Source: an uncultured delta proteobacterium (lineage in GTDB: Bacteria > Desulfobacterota > Binatia > UBA9968). From it: a stretch of DNA of 64,000 nucleotides. The stretch covers positions 256,001 to 320,000 of the forward strand of contig CAVTUQ010000002.1 of NCBI GenBank assembly GCA_963737905.1, written 5' to 3'. Both the position numbers and the translations under genes were made by a program. The notes below the pieces were generated by a model. The model worked only from the letters and a program-made list of their open reading frames with translations, was not told the DNA's origin and did no database searches. Positions 8,784-18,002 of the stretch are shown here, in pieces (the first letter of the stretch is position 1; each line of letters opens with the position of its first letter).

Positions 8784-10092
8784 TCACTCTGCTTTAGCCG
8801 GGAGGTCACCGACCAGCGCGGTCAGTAACTCGCCGCGTCCTACAATGCCCACCAGTTTTCCCGCATCATCGACCACCGGAAATCGTTTGATGCGTTTTTC
8901 GGCAGACATCGCAAGCGCTGTACCGATTGACTCATTCGCGCGAAGAGTTGTTACCGGCTGCGTCATCAAGTCCGCGGCAGTTTTTCCGCGGGCTTTTTGA
9001 AGATGGCTGCGTGCTTCCACGCTGCGAGACCCCAGAGGCAGTTTGCTGACAAGTTGTTCCAGAATCCCCGGATGCGTTTCCGGACTCATCCGCGCCATCA
9101 GATCGGTATCCGAAATAATCCCTCTGACATGACGATCCGTATCGACTACCACCACCCGTTGCGATCTGTCACTGGTCAAAAGCGTGAGTACCTCGGTGAG
9201 CACGGCTTCGGGCGATACAATAGAGACCGACTGATCCATCACGTCGGCAACCGTTCGCACGCTCGCGTAAGGATGGCCCGTCTCTCGTCGAGACGCCAAC
9301 TGAGGCAGATGGCCCGCTGCAAGAGCCCTCAGAATATCAAACCGGCTAAGCATCCCCACCAACCGCCTTTGAGGCATCGACCACGGGCAGCCGCTTGAAA
9401 TTCTTCTTGGCCATCAAGCGCGCGGCCTCGCTCAGCGAAGCTTCGGGGAAGACAGTAATCGGGTCTGAGGTCATCACGTCAGCTACAATGCGCGTGTTTT
9501 GCCGCAACCGGGTGATAAGCGACCGCGCCAAATCCGGGTCCGTGGCTCTCTTGAGGCTGAGTCTAACCTCCATGTCGCCGCGTTCGAGCAAATCGGTGTC
9601 GCTGATGATGCCGACCAGGAGGCCTCCCGTATTGACTACGGGAAGCGCCGTGTAAGGTTTGTCTAATAACTTTTCAACGACTTCGGCCAAAGGCACCTCC
9701 GGACCCACCGTTGCGACTTCGCGCGTCATGATCTCTTCAACCTTCACGTCAGGCAATCCTTCCCGTAATGTTGAAGAGTATTGATAGATTTGAATGTCTT
9801 CCACCGTGATCAGACCCGCCGGCACCATTTGCGCCAATTGTGGGAGAAGCCGTTCGACGCGATCAGGACGATCAACCCAGGTGACAACCACGGGCAAGTC
9901 CATGGAAAGCTCCAGGAGCGAAGTCGTCTTGATTCGACTATCGGCGCCGAAGCCGGCGATGCCGCGTTCTACAGTTGCACCGGCGCAACCTTCGCGGCGC
10001 AAAAACTCTAGGATCGCCATGTACAGCGGCTTGTGATACCACCGGTCGGTCTCACCGATAAAAATCGTCACTCTTTTTCCCTGGCCATTCAT
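8784..10092 (-). CDS. DUF190 (PII-like) plus four-CBS-domain fusion protein, split by one +1 frameshift near 9372
   Basis: N-terminal DUF190 (KRVTIFIGETD...GCAGATVERGIAGFG...SMDLPVVV) is followed by CBS repeats. Removing one base at 9372 joins KRLPVVDA to QRRLVGMLSRFDIL and restores an intact CBS motif. Confidence 0.85.
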
Positions 10093-10111
10093 AGATTCTC
10101 TCGCATGGCAA

Positions 10112-10143
10112 TAAAAAAACCCCTACTTCTCACGAAGTAGGGG
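10112..10143 (-). terminator. Intrinsic terminator forming the expression platform of the fluoride riboswitch
   Basis: The minus strand reads CCCCTACTTC-GTGA-GAAGTAGGGG followed by T7. Its 5' arm overlaps the aptamer pseudoknot strand. Confidence 0.9.
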
Positions 10144-10192
10144 TCATCAATCCGCCCGGGCGGATGGTTTACACGGCGAACCCCATCGCCTC
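10137..10192 (-). ncRNA. Fluoride riboswitch (crcB motif)
   Basis: The minus strand reads GGCGATGGGGTTCGCC-GTGTAAACC-ATCCGCCCGGGCGGAT-TGATGACCCCTAC. This gives P1 GGCGA/TCGCC and pseudoknot GGGGT/ACCCC, upstream of the crcB operon. Confidence 0.92.
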
Positions 10193-10285
10193 TACAGTTA
10201 TCCTGAAACTACCGCATCCGCAGTCGACTTGCAATGCCAGCGAAGCCGCATATAGCCGCCTCGCGTACGCCCGCGCCTCTAGCGG

Positions 10286-10314
10286 TTGACCCACCAAGGC
10301 AAGATGGGTAGATT
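10286..10314 (+). promoter_or_regulatory. Sigma-70-type promoter, probably giving a leaderless ribB mRNA
   Basis: TTGACC-17-TAGATT ends 8 nt before ATG 10323, and there is no SD. Confidence 0.55.
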
Positions 10315-10322
10315 AGAAACCC

Positions 10323-11501
10323 ATGCCATTGGCAACTATTGAAGCGGCCATCGAAGAGATTCGACGGGGCCGGATGGTCATCCTGATGGATGACAAAGAC
10401 CGCGAGAACGAGGGTGATCTCTGTATGGCAGCGGAGAAGATCACTCCCCAGGCCATCAATTTCATGGCCACCTATGGGCGGGGGCTCATCTGTCTTCCAC
10501 TAACGGAAGAACAGGTGAAGCATCTGCAGATCGCAATGATGGTTTCCGAGAACACCTCTCCCTTCGGCACGGCTTTCACAGTATCCGTTGACGCGACGTC
10601 GGGAATTACCACCGGTATTTCCGCGGCCGATCGCGCGAAAACGATTCTCGACGCCATTGCCGACGATGCAAAGCCGCAGGATCTCGTCACCCCCGGTCAC
10701 GTCTTTCCCCTGCGTGCTCGAAACGGCGGCGTTTTGGTCCGAGCGGGACAGACCGAGGGTTCCGTGGATCTAGCCCGTCTTGCCGGTCTTAAACCGGCAG
10801 GCGTCATTTGTGAAATCATGAAGGACGACGGCACCATGGCGCGCCAGCCGGATCTCATGAAGTTTGCCAAGAAACACAAGCTCAAAGTATGCACCGTTGC
10901 GGACCTCATCCAACATCGGCTTAATTATGATTCGCTGGTTTATCGGGCAGCGACCGCGCCGCTGCCGACCCGCTTGGGCGGAGAATTTCAAGCGATTGTC
11001 TACAACACCCATGTAGACCATAGCGAGCACCTGGCATTGATCAAGGGCGATATCTCTCCCCGAGAGGAAACCCTGGTCCGGGTGCACACCAAGTACGTTC
11101 CCGGCGACGTATTCGGTTTTGCGCTTCTCAACACGGGCGCCGTCATCGAGCGCTCCATGGAAATTATCGCTCGCGAAGGCAAGGGGGTAATTCTCTATCT
11201 CCAACCCGAGCGCAAAGGCGCGCATCCCTCCATGGTCGCCTACCCCAGAGTCGAAGGTAAACAACAAAAGGATATGAATCTTTCCTTTGTCTACCGCGCC
11301 GACTTCAAGGAGTACGGGATCGGGGCGCAAATATTGCGGGATCTGGGAGTGGGCAAGATGCGGCTACTGACCAACAACCGCAAGCATCTCGTGGGGCTTC
11401 GTGGCTATGGGTTGGAAGTCACTTCGTTGGAGTCCATTCCACGAGATAATCCGCTTCGTGAAGTTGCAAAGCAAAAAAAGACCAAAGCTAACAGTGCATA
11501 G
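10323..11501 (+). CDS. ribB: 3,4-dihydroxy-2-butanone-4-phosphate synthase fused to a degenerate GTP cyclohydrolase II domain (RibBX type)
   Basis: RibB motifs [33 protein letters not shown] and ICEIM are present. The C-terminal domain reads [20 protein letters not shown] instead of RVHSECLTGD...RCDCG, so the Zn-binding cysteines are lost. Confidence 0.9.
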   Translation: MPLATIEAAIEEIRRGRMVILMDDKDRENEGDLCMAAEKITPQAINFMATYGRGLICLPLTEEQVKHLQIAMMVSENTSPFGTAFTVSVDATSGITTGISAADRAKTILDAIADDAKPQDLVTPGHVFPLRARNGGVLVRAGQTEGSVDLARLAGLKPAGVICEIMKDDGTMARQPDLMKFAKKHKLKVCTVADLIQHRLNYDSLVYRAATAPLPTRLGGEFQAIVYNTHVDHSEHLALIKGDISPREETLVRVHTKYVPGDVFGFALLNTGAVIERSMEIIAREGKGVILYLQPERKGAHPSMVAYPRVEGKQQKDMNLSFVYRADFKEYGIGAQILRDLGVGKMRLLTNNRKHLVGLRGYGLEVTSLESIPRDNPLREVAKQKKTKANSA

Positions 11502-11563
11502 GCTTGGGATGCCAATCGTGCTCTGATATTTTGGGTTTGAAATTTCGATCGCAGTGAGGATCT

Positions 11564-11773
11564 ATGCCGATTTTCGAATACAGCTGTCGCCGTTGCCAAC
11601 ATAGTTTCGAGACCATCCTTCTTTCCGCAGGAGAAAAAGTCAGCTGCCCAAAATGCGAGAGTTCCGCAGTGGAAAAACAACTCTCGGTTTTCAGCTCACC
11701 GGGTTCCCAGTCGGAAAAAGCCGTTGCCGGAGGGGGTTGTGGCTGCACACCGCAAACTTGCGGCTGCCATTAA
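11564..11773 (+). CDS. FmdB-family zinc-ribbon protein
   Basis: MPIFEYSCRRCQHSFE...CPKCES and a Cys-rich tail (GCGCTPQTCGCH), with a GAGGA RBS. Confidence 0.85.
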   Translation: MPIFEYSCRRCQHSFETILLSAGEKVSCPKCESSAVEKQLSVFSSPGSQSEKAVAGGGCGCTPQTCGCH

Positions 11774-12294
11774 TCCGAATTCACCGGGCTCAGATACCTG
11801 GGAAGATCGGGCCGGATCCGTTTAAGCGCTTCGCCGATATTCGAAAAGACTCTCTCCTCCACCAATTGACCGTTCACCCAAAAGTCCAATGACGGAGCAT
11901 CGGTAAAATTGATGTCGACGTAACGTTCCCCTGGCGGTTCGGCCGTGATTACCACTCTAACGGAGTAGCCGGCATCGACGATCAACCCGCGGGCGCCGGG
12001 AGGCAAAAGAAGACTGTTCTTGATCTTGGCGAGCCTTTCAGGAGGATAAGAGCCAACCTCGAGAGAAAAGTATCCCCATTCCCCCGGGGCCACGGAGAGT
12101 TCCTTAAGCATTCTCGGATTGATATCAACGAGATTTTTTGCCGCTTGGTCTTGATTGTACCCCTTGAGCAGCTCGTAGGCCCATTTTTCAACGATGCCCT
12201 TGATCGGCGCGGCCGGCTTCTCGCGCTCTTTGACCGGCCCGCGGTCGATCCACCACTTGGTTTCTTCAAAGGGCGCTGTTTTTTCGTCTGCCAT
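11770..12294 (-). CDS. Hypothetical protein
   Basis: 174-aa ORF with protein-like composition that fills the gap between genes. No family recognised. Confidence 0.65.
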   Translation of the reverse strand: MADEKTAPFEETKWWIDRGPVKEREKPAAPIKGIVEKWAYELLKGYNQDQAAKNLVDINPRMLKELSVAPGEWGYFSLEVGSYPPERLAKIKNSLLLPPGARGLIVDAGYSVRVVITAEPPGERYVDINFTDAPSLDFWVNGQLVEERVFSNIGEALKRIRPDLPRYLSPVNSD

Positions 12295-12334
12295 AAAAAC
12301 CTAGGAACAGATTCTCCGCCTGCTTATCATCGCG

Positions 12335-13327
12335 TCAAACCTTGAAATCTTCCAGCGTGTTGGGAGCGAAGAGAGATTTTAATTCCGGGAATTTCTTAAT
12401 CAATCCTTGCTCATGCGAATATTGAATGAGCGTTTCCAAAACGTGGCGATTGGCCTCCAATCCGTAGGGCCAGAAGGCGTCTCCAAAAAGTTCCTTTTCT
12501 TCCTCGACATCCGCAAAGGACCAGGCAAGCATATATTTAAGCGCCGAATACTTATACAGCGACTCTTCGCAAATCCTTTTCGATTCCGCGAAGGCCTTGC
12601 ACAGGCTTTGAGCCACCCAAGGAAACTTTTCGTACACTTCCTCGCGCAGCACAATCGCGTGCATAATTGGAAATATCTTTGTCCGCCGGTAGTAATCCTT
12701 TTCCACCTCACGGAAGTTTGCGAACAGTCTCTTCACCTTGGGAGACCGCCGAACAAATGGAGAAGGAATGTGGGCGCAGATCAAGCCATCGAGCTCGCCT
12801 TGCTCGAGCATGCTTGACAGCGTTCGATCCGGGCCAATCCATCGAATATCGATGTTTTTGCCCAAGTCGGGCTTGAGTTTTTCTTCACGGCCCGCATCCT
12901 CAGCGCCTCCGGTAAACCATTTTACTTTTTCCGGCGCGACCCCGTAATCATGCTGCAAAATACCCCTGATCCATACGGCGGCAGTGATCTGGTACTCAGG
13001 CACGCCCACACGCCGTCCGATCAAGTCCTTCGGCCCCTCAATGCCGGAGTCCGTGTTCACAAAAATAAAAGAGTGCCGAAAGAATCTCGAGGGAAAAACC
13101 GGTAGGGCGATCAATCGCGGATGACCTCGGTCGCGTGCCATCAGATAGGAGCTCATGGAGCACTCGGCGGCGTCGAACTCCTGATAACGAAGCATACGCC
13201 AAAACGTCTCTTCGACGTGGAGCGGCAAATAAGTCAACTCCACGCCTTCGACCTGAACCCTCCCCTCCTGGAGTGCGCGGGTACGGTCATACTCCCAACA
13301 TGACAAAGTCAGAGGAATTTTCCCCAT
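12335..13327 (-). CDS. 4,5-dihydroxyphthalate decarboxylase-like (PBP-fold) protein
   Basis: LTLSCWEYDRTRAL, PVFPSRFFRHS, GRRVGVPEYQITAAVWIRGIL, IFPIMH and FWPYGLEANR. An AAGGAG RBS precedes ATG 13327. Confidence 0.85.
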   Translation of the reverse strand: MGKIPLTLSCWEYDRTRALQEGRVQVEGVELTYLPLHVEETFWRMLRYQEFDAAECSMSSYLMARDRGHPRLIALPVFPSRFFRHSFIFVNTDSGIEGPKDLIGRRVGVPEYQITAAVWIRGILQHDYGVAPEKVKWFTGGAEDAGREEKLKPDLGKNIDIRWIGPDRTLSSMLEQGELDGLICAHIPSPFVRRSPKVKRLFANFREVEKDYYRRTKIFPIMHAIVLREEVYEKFPWVAQSLCKAFAESKRICEESLYKYSALKYMLAWSFADVEEEKELFGDAFWPYGLEANRHVLETLIQYSHEQGLIKKFPELKSLFAPNTLEDFKV

Positions 13328-13370
13328 GATGTTCTCCTTCTCGAAGGTCGTGGCACGCGAGTGCAATTTG

Positions 13371-13568
13371 TTAACTTATTCCGGCAAGAAACTTTGCGGC
13401 GCCGATAACGAATTGCTCCCTCTCACCCTGCAGCACAACCGCGGCTTCGCCGGAAGCCAGTGTCGTCCGGCGTTCGATCGTATAAGGCTTGCCTTGGAAT
13501 CTGACTTGCTGCCCCGGGTTGAATCGACTGAGTTTCAAGTGATCCGGTTGCGGATCGATTTTCTCCAT
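13371..13568 (-). CDS. Small hypothetical protein (SH3/KOW-like beta-rich)
   Basis: 65-aa ORF (FNPGQQVRFQGKPYTIERR...) co-oriented with the downstream gene. Confidence 0.55.
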   Translation of the reverse strand: MEKIDPQPDHLKLSRFNPGQQVRFQGKPYTIERRTTLASGEAAVVLQGEREQFVIGAAKFLAGIS

Positions 13569-13667
13569 AGCAATGTTGTTTAATATCATATCCGTGATGA
13601 AAGCTTAAACTCCGGGTGGCCGAACCCAATTGCTCAGCGGCGCCCATGGGTTATCGACCGCACGGAA

Positions 13668-13696
13668 TTGACAGCCTGAAAACTGCAGCATAAAGT
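13668..13696 (+). promoter_or_regulatory. Sigma-70 promoter for panE and the cytochrome c gene
   Basis: TTGACA-17-TAAAGT followed by a GAGGAG RBS. Confidence 0.65.
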
Positions 13697-13719
13697 TCCG
13701 TTGATCGAGGAGAACTGAA

Positions 13720-14649
13720 GTGCGCATTGCCATAATGGGCGCCGGGGCGGTGGGAGGTTACTTTGGTGCACGACTGGCGGCTGCCTCTAACGATGTTGCG
13801 TTTATCGCGCGTGGCCTGCATTTGGCGGCGATGCGGCGGGAGGGACTCAATCTCGAGAGTCCTCAAGGCAACCTGCAGATTCGTGACGCTCTCTTCACCG
13901 ACGATCCTACCCAGATCGGCGTCGTCGATCTTGTGCTCTTCTGCGTCAAGTCCTACGACACGGAAGAAGCGGCTGCAAAACTGGCACCGCTGATCGGCCA
14001 CCGGACGATCATTTTATCGCTGCAAAACGGCGTCGACAACGCCGACAAGATCGCACAGCGATGGGGTAACGAGAAAACCCTGGCGGGCGTGGTCTACCTT
14101 GGCTCGCAACTGCTGCAGCCGGGAAAGCTCAAACATTCGTCGGGAGGCAGAATCGTGTTCGGCGAGTTGGACGGCAAACTCCATGAGACAACCCGAGTTG
14201 TTGAGCGGGTTCTCTCTTCGGCGCAGATTTCCTGCGAGGTGAATGCGGAAATTCGAAGCGTTCAATGGCGCAAGCTGTTGTGGAATGCCCCCTTTTGCGC
14301 AATCAGTTGCCTGACCCATGCCAATGTGAAAGAAATCGTGGAATCCGACTCGCTCACAAAACTAGCGTTGGATTGCATGACGGAGGTCCGAGCCGCAGCC
14401 AAAGCGCAAGCCATTGATCTCGATCGCGCGTTGTTCGATGAAACGCTTAATTTTTCCAAGAGCCTCGGAGACTTCAAACCTTCGATGCTTCAGGATCTCG
14501 AAGCGGGCAAACCGCTTGAGTATGAAGCGTTCAATGGCATAGTAGTCGAATTGCTGCGCCGAACCGGGAAGGAAGCACCGACGAACCAAGTTTTCTACGG
14601 CGCACTAAAATATCTGGACAAGAAAATAAAAACGGAAAGGTCGCAATAA
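13720..14649 (+). CDS. panE: 2-dehydropantoate 2-reductase (ketopantoate reductase family)
   Basis: GAGAVGGYFG, CVKSYDT, LQNG, WRKLLWN and PSMLQDLEAGKPLE. Confidence 0.9.
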   Translation: MRIAIMGAGAVGGYFGARLAAASNDVAFIARGLHLAAMRREGLNLESPQGNLQIRDALFTDDPTQIGVVDLVLFCVKSYDTEEAAAKLAPLIGHRTIILSLQNGVDNADKIAQRWGNEKTLAGVVYLGSQLLQPGKLKHSSGGRIVFGELDGKLHETTRVVERVLSSAQISCEVNAEIRSVQWRKLLWNAPFCAISCLTHANVKEIVESDSLTKLALDCMTEVRAAAKAQAIDLDRALFDETLNFSKSLGDFKPSMLQDLEAGKPLEYEAFNGIVVELLRRTGKEAPTNQVFYGALKYLDKKIKTERSQ

Positions 14650-14673
14650 CGATCTGCGGTAGAACTGAATCTT

Positions 14674-15552
14674 ATGACAAGAATATTTTTATTGCTGCTT
14701 TTGGTCGGTTCGATCCCTGGGGTATCCGCCACGGCACAGGCCCAAACTGAGAAGGAGCTTGTCGCCAAAGGCCAATACATCTTTGCTCTCGCCGGCGGCT
14801 GCGCCTGTCACAGTGTCCCGAAAGAGACTCCGCACGCCGGCGGCCGCGCCTTTCCAATTCCTTTGGGTACAGTCTACAGCACGAATATCACACAGGACAA
14901 AGAAACCGGTCTTGGTAATTGGACCGATCAGCAAATTTACGACGCCATGGTTAAAGGCATCCGGCCCGACGGCAGCCGGATCTTACCCGTCATGCCCTAC
15001 GAAGGGTATTCCGGGATGGCTCAAGAAGACCTCAAAGCGCTCATCGCCTACTTAAGGACCTTGAAGCCCGTGAAGAAAGCAACGCCTCCCCTGAAAAGTT
15101 GGGCGCCCTTCGCCCGTAGCTTGGGGACGCCCGTTTATTTAAAAGTCTTTGGTCGGTTCTCCAGTTCGCCGGCGCAGGCACCGAAGAGTGGAATCGAAAG
15201 GGGGCGTTATCTGGTCGAGCACGTGTCGCTTTGCGTCGACTGCCACACGCCAAGGAATTTTATTGGGGCGCCGAAGCGATCTCTTTATCTCGCCGGCGCC
15301 GACAAAAAAATCGGCCCTTTAGGTCAGGCGGTGCCGAACATCACACCGGACAAAGAGACAGGTATCGGAGATTGGAAACGGGAAGATATCGTGGAGCTGT
15401 TAATAAACGGCAACAAGCCGGACATGGACAACGTTCAAGGTCTCATGGCCGAGGTGATCGAGCACGGGTACAAAAGCATGACCAAGGAAGATGCTCTGGC
15501 CGTCGCCGACTATTTGAAATCGATCCCGCCAGTTAAGAATAAAATCGAGTAG
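14674..15552 (+). CDS. Periplasmic c-type cytochrome (di-heme, dehydrogenase cytochrome-subunit-like)
   Basis: Signal peptide, heme motifs CACH (contracted) and CVDCH, a repeated NITxDKETGxGxW motif and PVMPY. Confidence 0.88.
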   Translation: MTRIFLLLLLVGSIPGVSATAQAQTEKELVAKGQYIFALAGGCACHSVPKETPHAGGRAFPIPLGTVYSTNITQDKETGLGNWTDQQIYDAMVKGIRPDGSRILPVMPYEGYSGMAQEDLKALIAYLRTLKPVKKATPPLKSWAPFARSLGTPVYLKVFGRFSSSPAQAPKSGIERGRYLVEHVSLCVDCHTPRNFIGAPKRSLYLAGADKKIGPLGQAVPNITPDKETGIGDWKREDIVELLINGNKPDMDNVQGLMAEVIEHGYKSMTKEDALAVADYLKSIPPVKNKIE

Positions 15553-15571
15553 CTTTCGCCTTCACGCGCAT

Positions 15572-16558
15572 CTAGGCCCGCGGAACTTGTTTCACGACCT
15601 CGGCGAGGATCTCATCGGTATTGACATTTTCCGCTTCCGCCTGAAAATTGAGGATAATGCGATGCCGCAGAGCGGGGTAAATTACCCTGGCGACATCCTC
15701 GTAGCTCACATGGATTCTACCGTCGGCCAGTGCGTTGCCCTTGGCTCCCAGAATGACGGCTTGGGCGCCGCGCGGGCTGGAACCAAAGCGGAGATATTGT
15801 TTGACTGGAGAGCCGGAACCGTGACCGTTGCTCAAATTGGGCTGCGTCGCATGTACAACGCGCACGACATAATCCTCGATGGGTGGAGCAATCAACACCT
15901 GGCGCAGAAGTTGTTGCATTTGGCTGATCAGCTTTCCGCCATCGTCCGGGAGCACTTTTCCCGTATCGCCGATCTCCATGCCAGTGGTCCGTTTAAGGAT
16001 TTCCCTCAGCTCCACCGGTGACGGTGGTGCCACCATGAGTTTGAAGAAAAATCGATCCAGCTGCGCCTCGGGGAGCGGATAAGTTCCCTCGAGCTCGATC
16101 GGATTTTGGGTGGCCAGCACTATGAACGGGGATGCCAAGATGTGGGATTCGCCAAAGACCGTCACTTGCTTTTCCTCCATCGCTTCCAAAACTGCGGATT
16201 GGGTCTTCGGCGTCGCGCGGTTGATCTCATCCGCGAGGACCACATGCGCAAATATCGGTCCTTTTTTGAATTGAAACTCGCGGCGGCCATTGGCTTCGGT
16301 CAGGACTTCTGTGCCTACGATATCGGAGGGCATTAGATCCGGCGTAAACTGAATACGCTTGAATGAAACTCCCAGGGCATGACTCAAGGATTTCACGAGC
16401 AATGTTTTGCCCAAACCCGGCACCCCCTCCAGCAAGACATGCCCGCTGGCGAAAAAAGCGATCAATACTTGCCTGATGACTTCGTCGTGGCCGACGATAA
16501 CTTTTCGTACCTCAGCTTCCAACCGTTTGAAGACTTGCTGAAATTTCTCTGGCTCCAT
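15572..16558 (-). CDS. moxR: MoxR-family AAA+ ATPase
   Basis: EGVPGLGKT, RIQFTPDLMPSD, DEINRATPKTQSA and ATQNPIELEGTYPLPEAQLDRF. Confidence 0.93.
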   Translation of the reverse strand: MEPEKFQQVFKRLEAEVRKVIVGHDEVIRQVLIAFFASGHVLLEGVPGLGKTLLVKSLSHALGVSFKRIQFTPDLMPSDIVGTEVLTEANGRREFQFKKGPIFAHVVLADEINRATPKTQSAVLEAMEEKQVTVFGESHILASPFIVLATQNPIELEGTYPLPEAQLDRFFFKLMVAPPSPVELREILKRTTGMEIGDTGKVLPDDGGKLISQMQQLLRQVLIAPPIEDYVVRVVHATQPNLSNGHGSGSPVKQYLRFGSSPRGAQAVILGAKGNALADGRIHVSYEDVARVIYPALRHRIILNFQAEAENVNTDEILAEVVKQVPRA

Positions 16559-16575
16559 CAGGTTCCCTTTCTGGT

Positions 16576-17958
16576 TCAACGAATAATGCCGCGGTACTCC
16601 AAGGGCAACTGTTGTTTTTCTGTCGGGGCGTCGGGCACGTGAGCAGGCAACGGAACATTGCTCGCCGGTGATTTCGGATAGGCCTGGCTTTCTTTTGACT
16701 GCTTGCTGATACTCCCTTCGCCCTTCGAATCGGCGGCCAATTCTTCCGGCAATTGCACGGTTATATAACCCGCCCCTTTGACTCCCCCTTTACCCTGCTC
16801 GCCCGGCTTATAAAACCGCTCCGCCGGTGGCACCCCCTGAGGGATCTCCTCCGACCGACTCCTCCCTGGTCTATCCTGCGACCCACCTTGCGTCTTCCCT
16901 GTCAGCTCCTTACCTGTATCTTTATCGGACTTGTTGCTGGAGTCCGGTTGATTGCTTTTTCCGTCAGGCTGACTCTGTTGGTTTTTTTCTTTGCCTTGCT
17001 GTTTCGGATCGCCCCGAGCACTTTGTCCCTGTGGGCTATCTCTGGTTTGTTCAGCGTTCAACTCGGTTCCGCTATCGCCGCCCCCCTGACCTTGTTTCCC
17101 CTTTCCTTGTCCTTCCTGGGAAAGATTGCTTTTCACCCCTCCATCGCCTTTTTCTGAGTCTTTTTGTTCACTACGACCGGACGGCTGTTCCAGCCCTTGA
17201 AGCGTGCTCGAAGTCTCCCCTAAAAGATCGCGGCTTTCTCTCTCTTTTTCTTTCTCTTGTTGCTTCTTTACCTGTTCCAAGGTTTCGTGAATCAGCGCCT
17301 GCTTCTCCGGCCCCGATACGGCCGGTTGCTGGAGTTTCATTGCGAGGGTTTGCAGATCATGGGCCAATGCCGACAACGCCGGTTTCTGCCCCATTTTTTC
17401 CGCGAGCTCACTAATCTTCTCGTAGGCCGGAGCCTGGCGTCGCGTTGATCCAATCAGTGGCATCGAGAGATGAAACAGGACCGCCGCGACGAGAGAGCCC
17501 AGGAACGACCAGTAAAAGGACCGCTTTATGCTATAGGGAAACTCGCGGCGAAAATCGATCCGCTCCAGGAGCGCTGCGGCCTCGCCTCGCAAACGCCCTA
17601 CCCAGGCGGCAGGCCAGAGGGCCACGTCGATCGTTGCCAAGGTGAGGAAGCGGTCTTTCGCCCCGGTCTTGTCGTCCACCAATCGAGCAGCGGAACCTAC
17701 CGACGGGATCAAAGGACGGATGCGAAACATCACCGCAAGCAGACCCACTCCGATAATTGCGCTGCAGAGTAGTAGAAACGTCAGCGATGCGATCCAGGCG
17801 GCGCGGTAGAGATAAGCCGCGAGGTAGATGGCAGCCAGCAGCGGCGGCGAGCAAATCAGGAGAGAATCCCAGAGCGCGTGATGGCGTAACTGCGCTACCA
17901 ACCGACCCACTTGCTGTTCCGGCGACCCTCCAGTCTGTGCATCCGTGGACGTCGTCAT
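16576..17958 (-). CDS. Membrane protein with a coiled coil and a Q/G/K-rich low-complexity C-terminus (MoxR-cluster associated)
   Basis: Three hydrophobic segments, an AARLVD...KDRFLT motif, a Q/G-rich tail ending LPLEYRGIIR, and adjacency to moxR. Confidence 0.75.
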   Translation of the reverse strand: MTTSTDAQTGGSPEQQVGRLVAQLRHHALWDSLLICSPPLLAAIYLAAYLYRAAWIASLTFLLLCSAIIGVGLLAVMFRIRPLIPSVGSAARLVDDKTGAKDRFLTLATIDVALWPAAWVGRLRGEAAALLERIDFRREFPYSIKRSFYWSFLGSLVAAVLFHLSMPLIGSTRRQAPAYEKISELAEKMGQKPALSALAHDLQTLAMKLQQPAVSGPEKQALIHETLEQVKKQQEKEKERESRDLLGETSSTLQGLEQPSGRSEQKDSEKGDGGVKSNLSQEGQGKGKQGQGGGDSGTELNAEQTRDSPQGQSARGDPKQQGKEKNQQSQPDGKSNQPDSSNKSDKDTGKELTGKTQGGSQDRPGRSRSEEIPQGVPPAERFYKPGEQGKGGVKGAGYITVQLPEELAADSKGEGSISKQSKESQAYPKSPASNVPLPAHVPDAPTEKQQLPLEYRGIIR

Positions 17959-18002
17959 GCCGGCTAACTATAACATGTTAGCAGGACGCCATAAATGCGT
18001 CG

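Noticed and set aside
10200-10322. FMN riboswitch upstream of ribB
   Set aside because: There is no RFN consensus, and the promoter lies directly against the start codon, leaving no leader.
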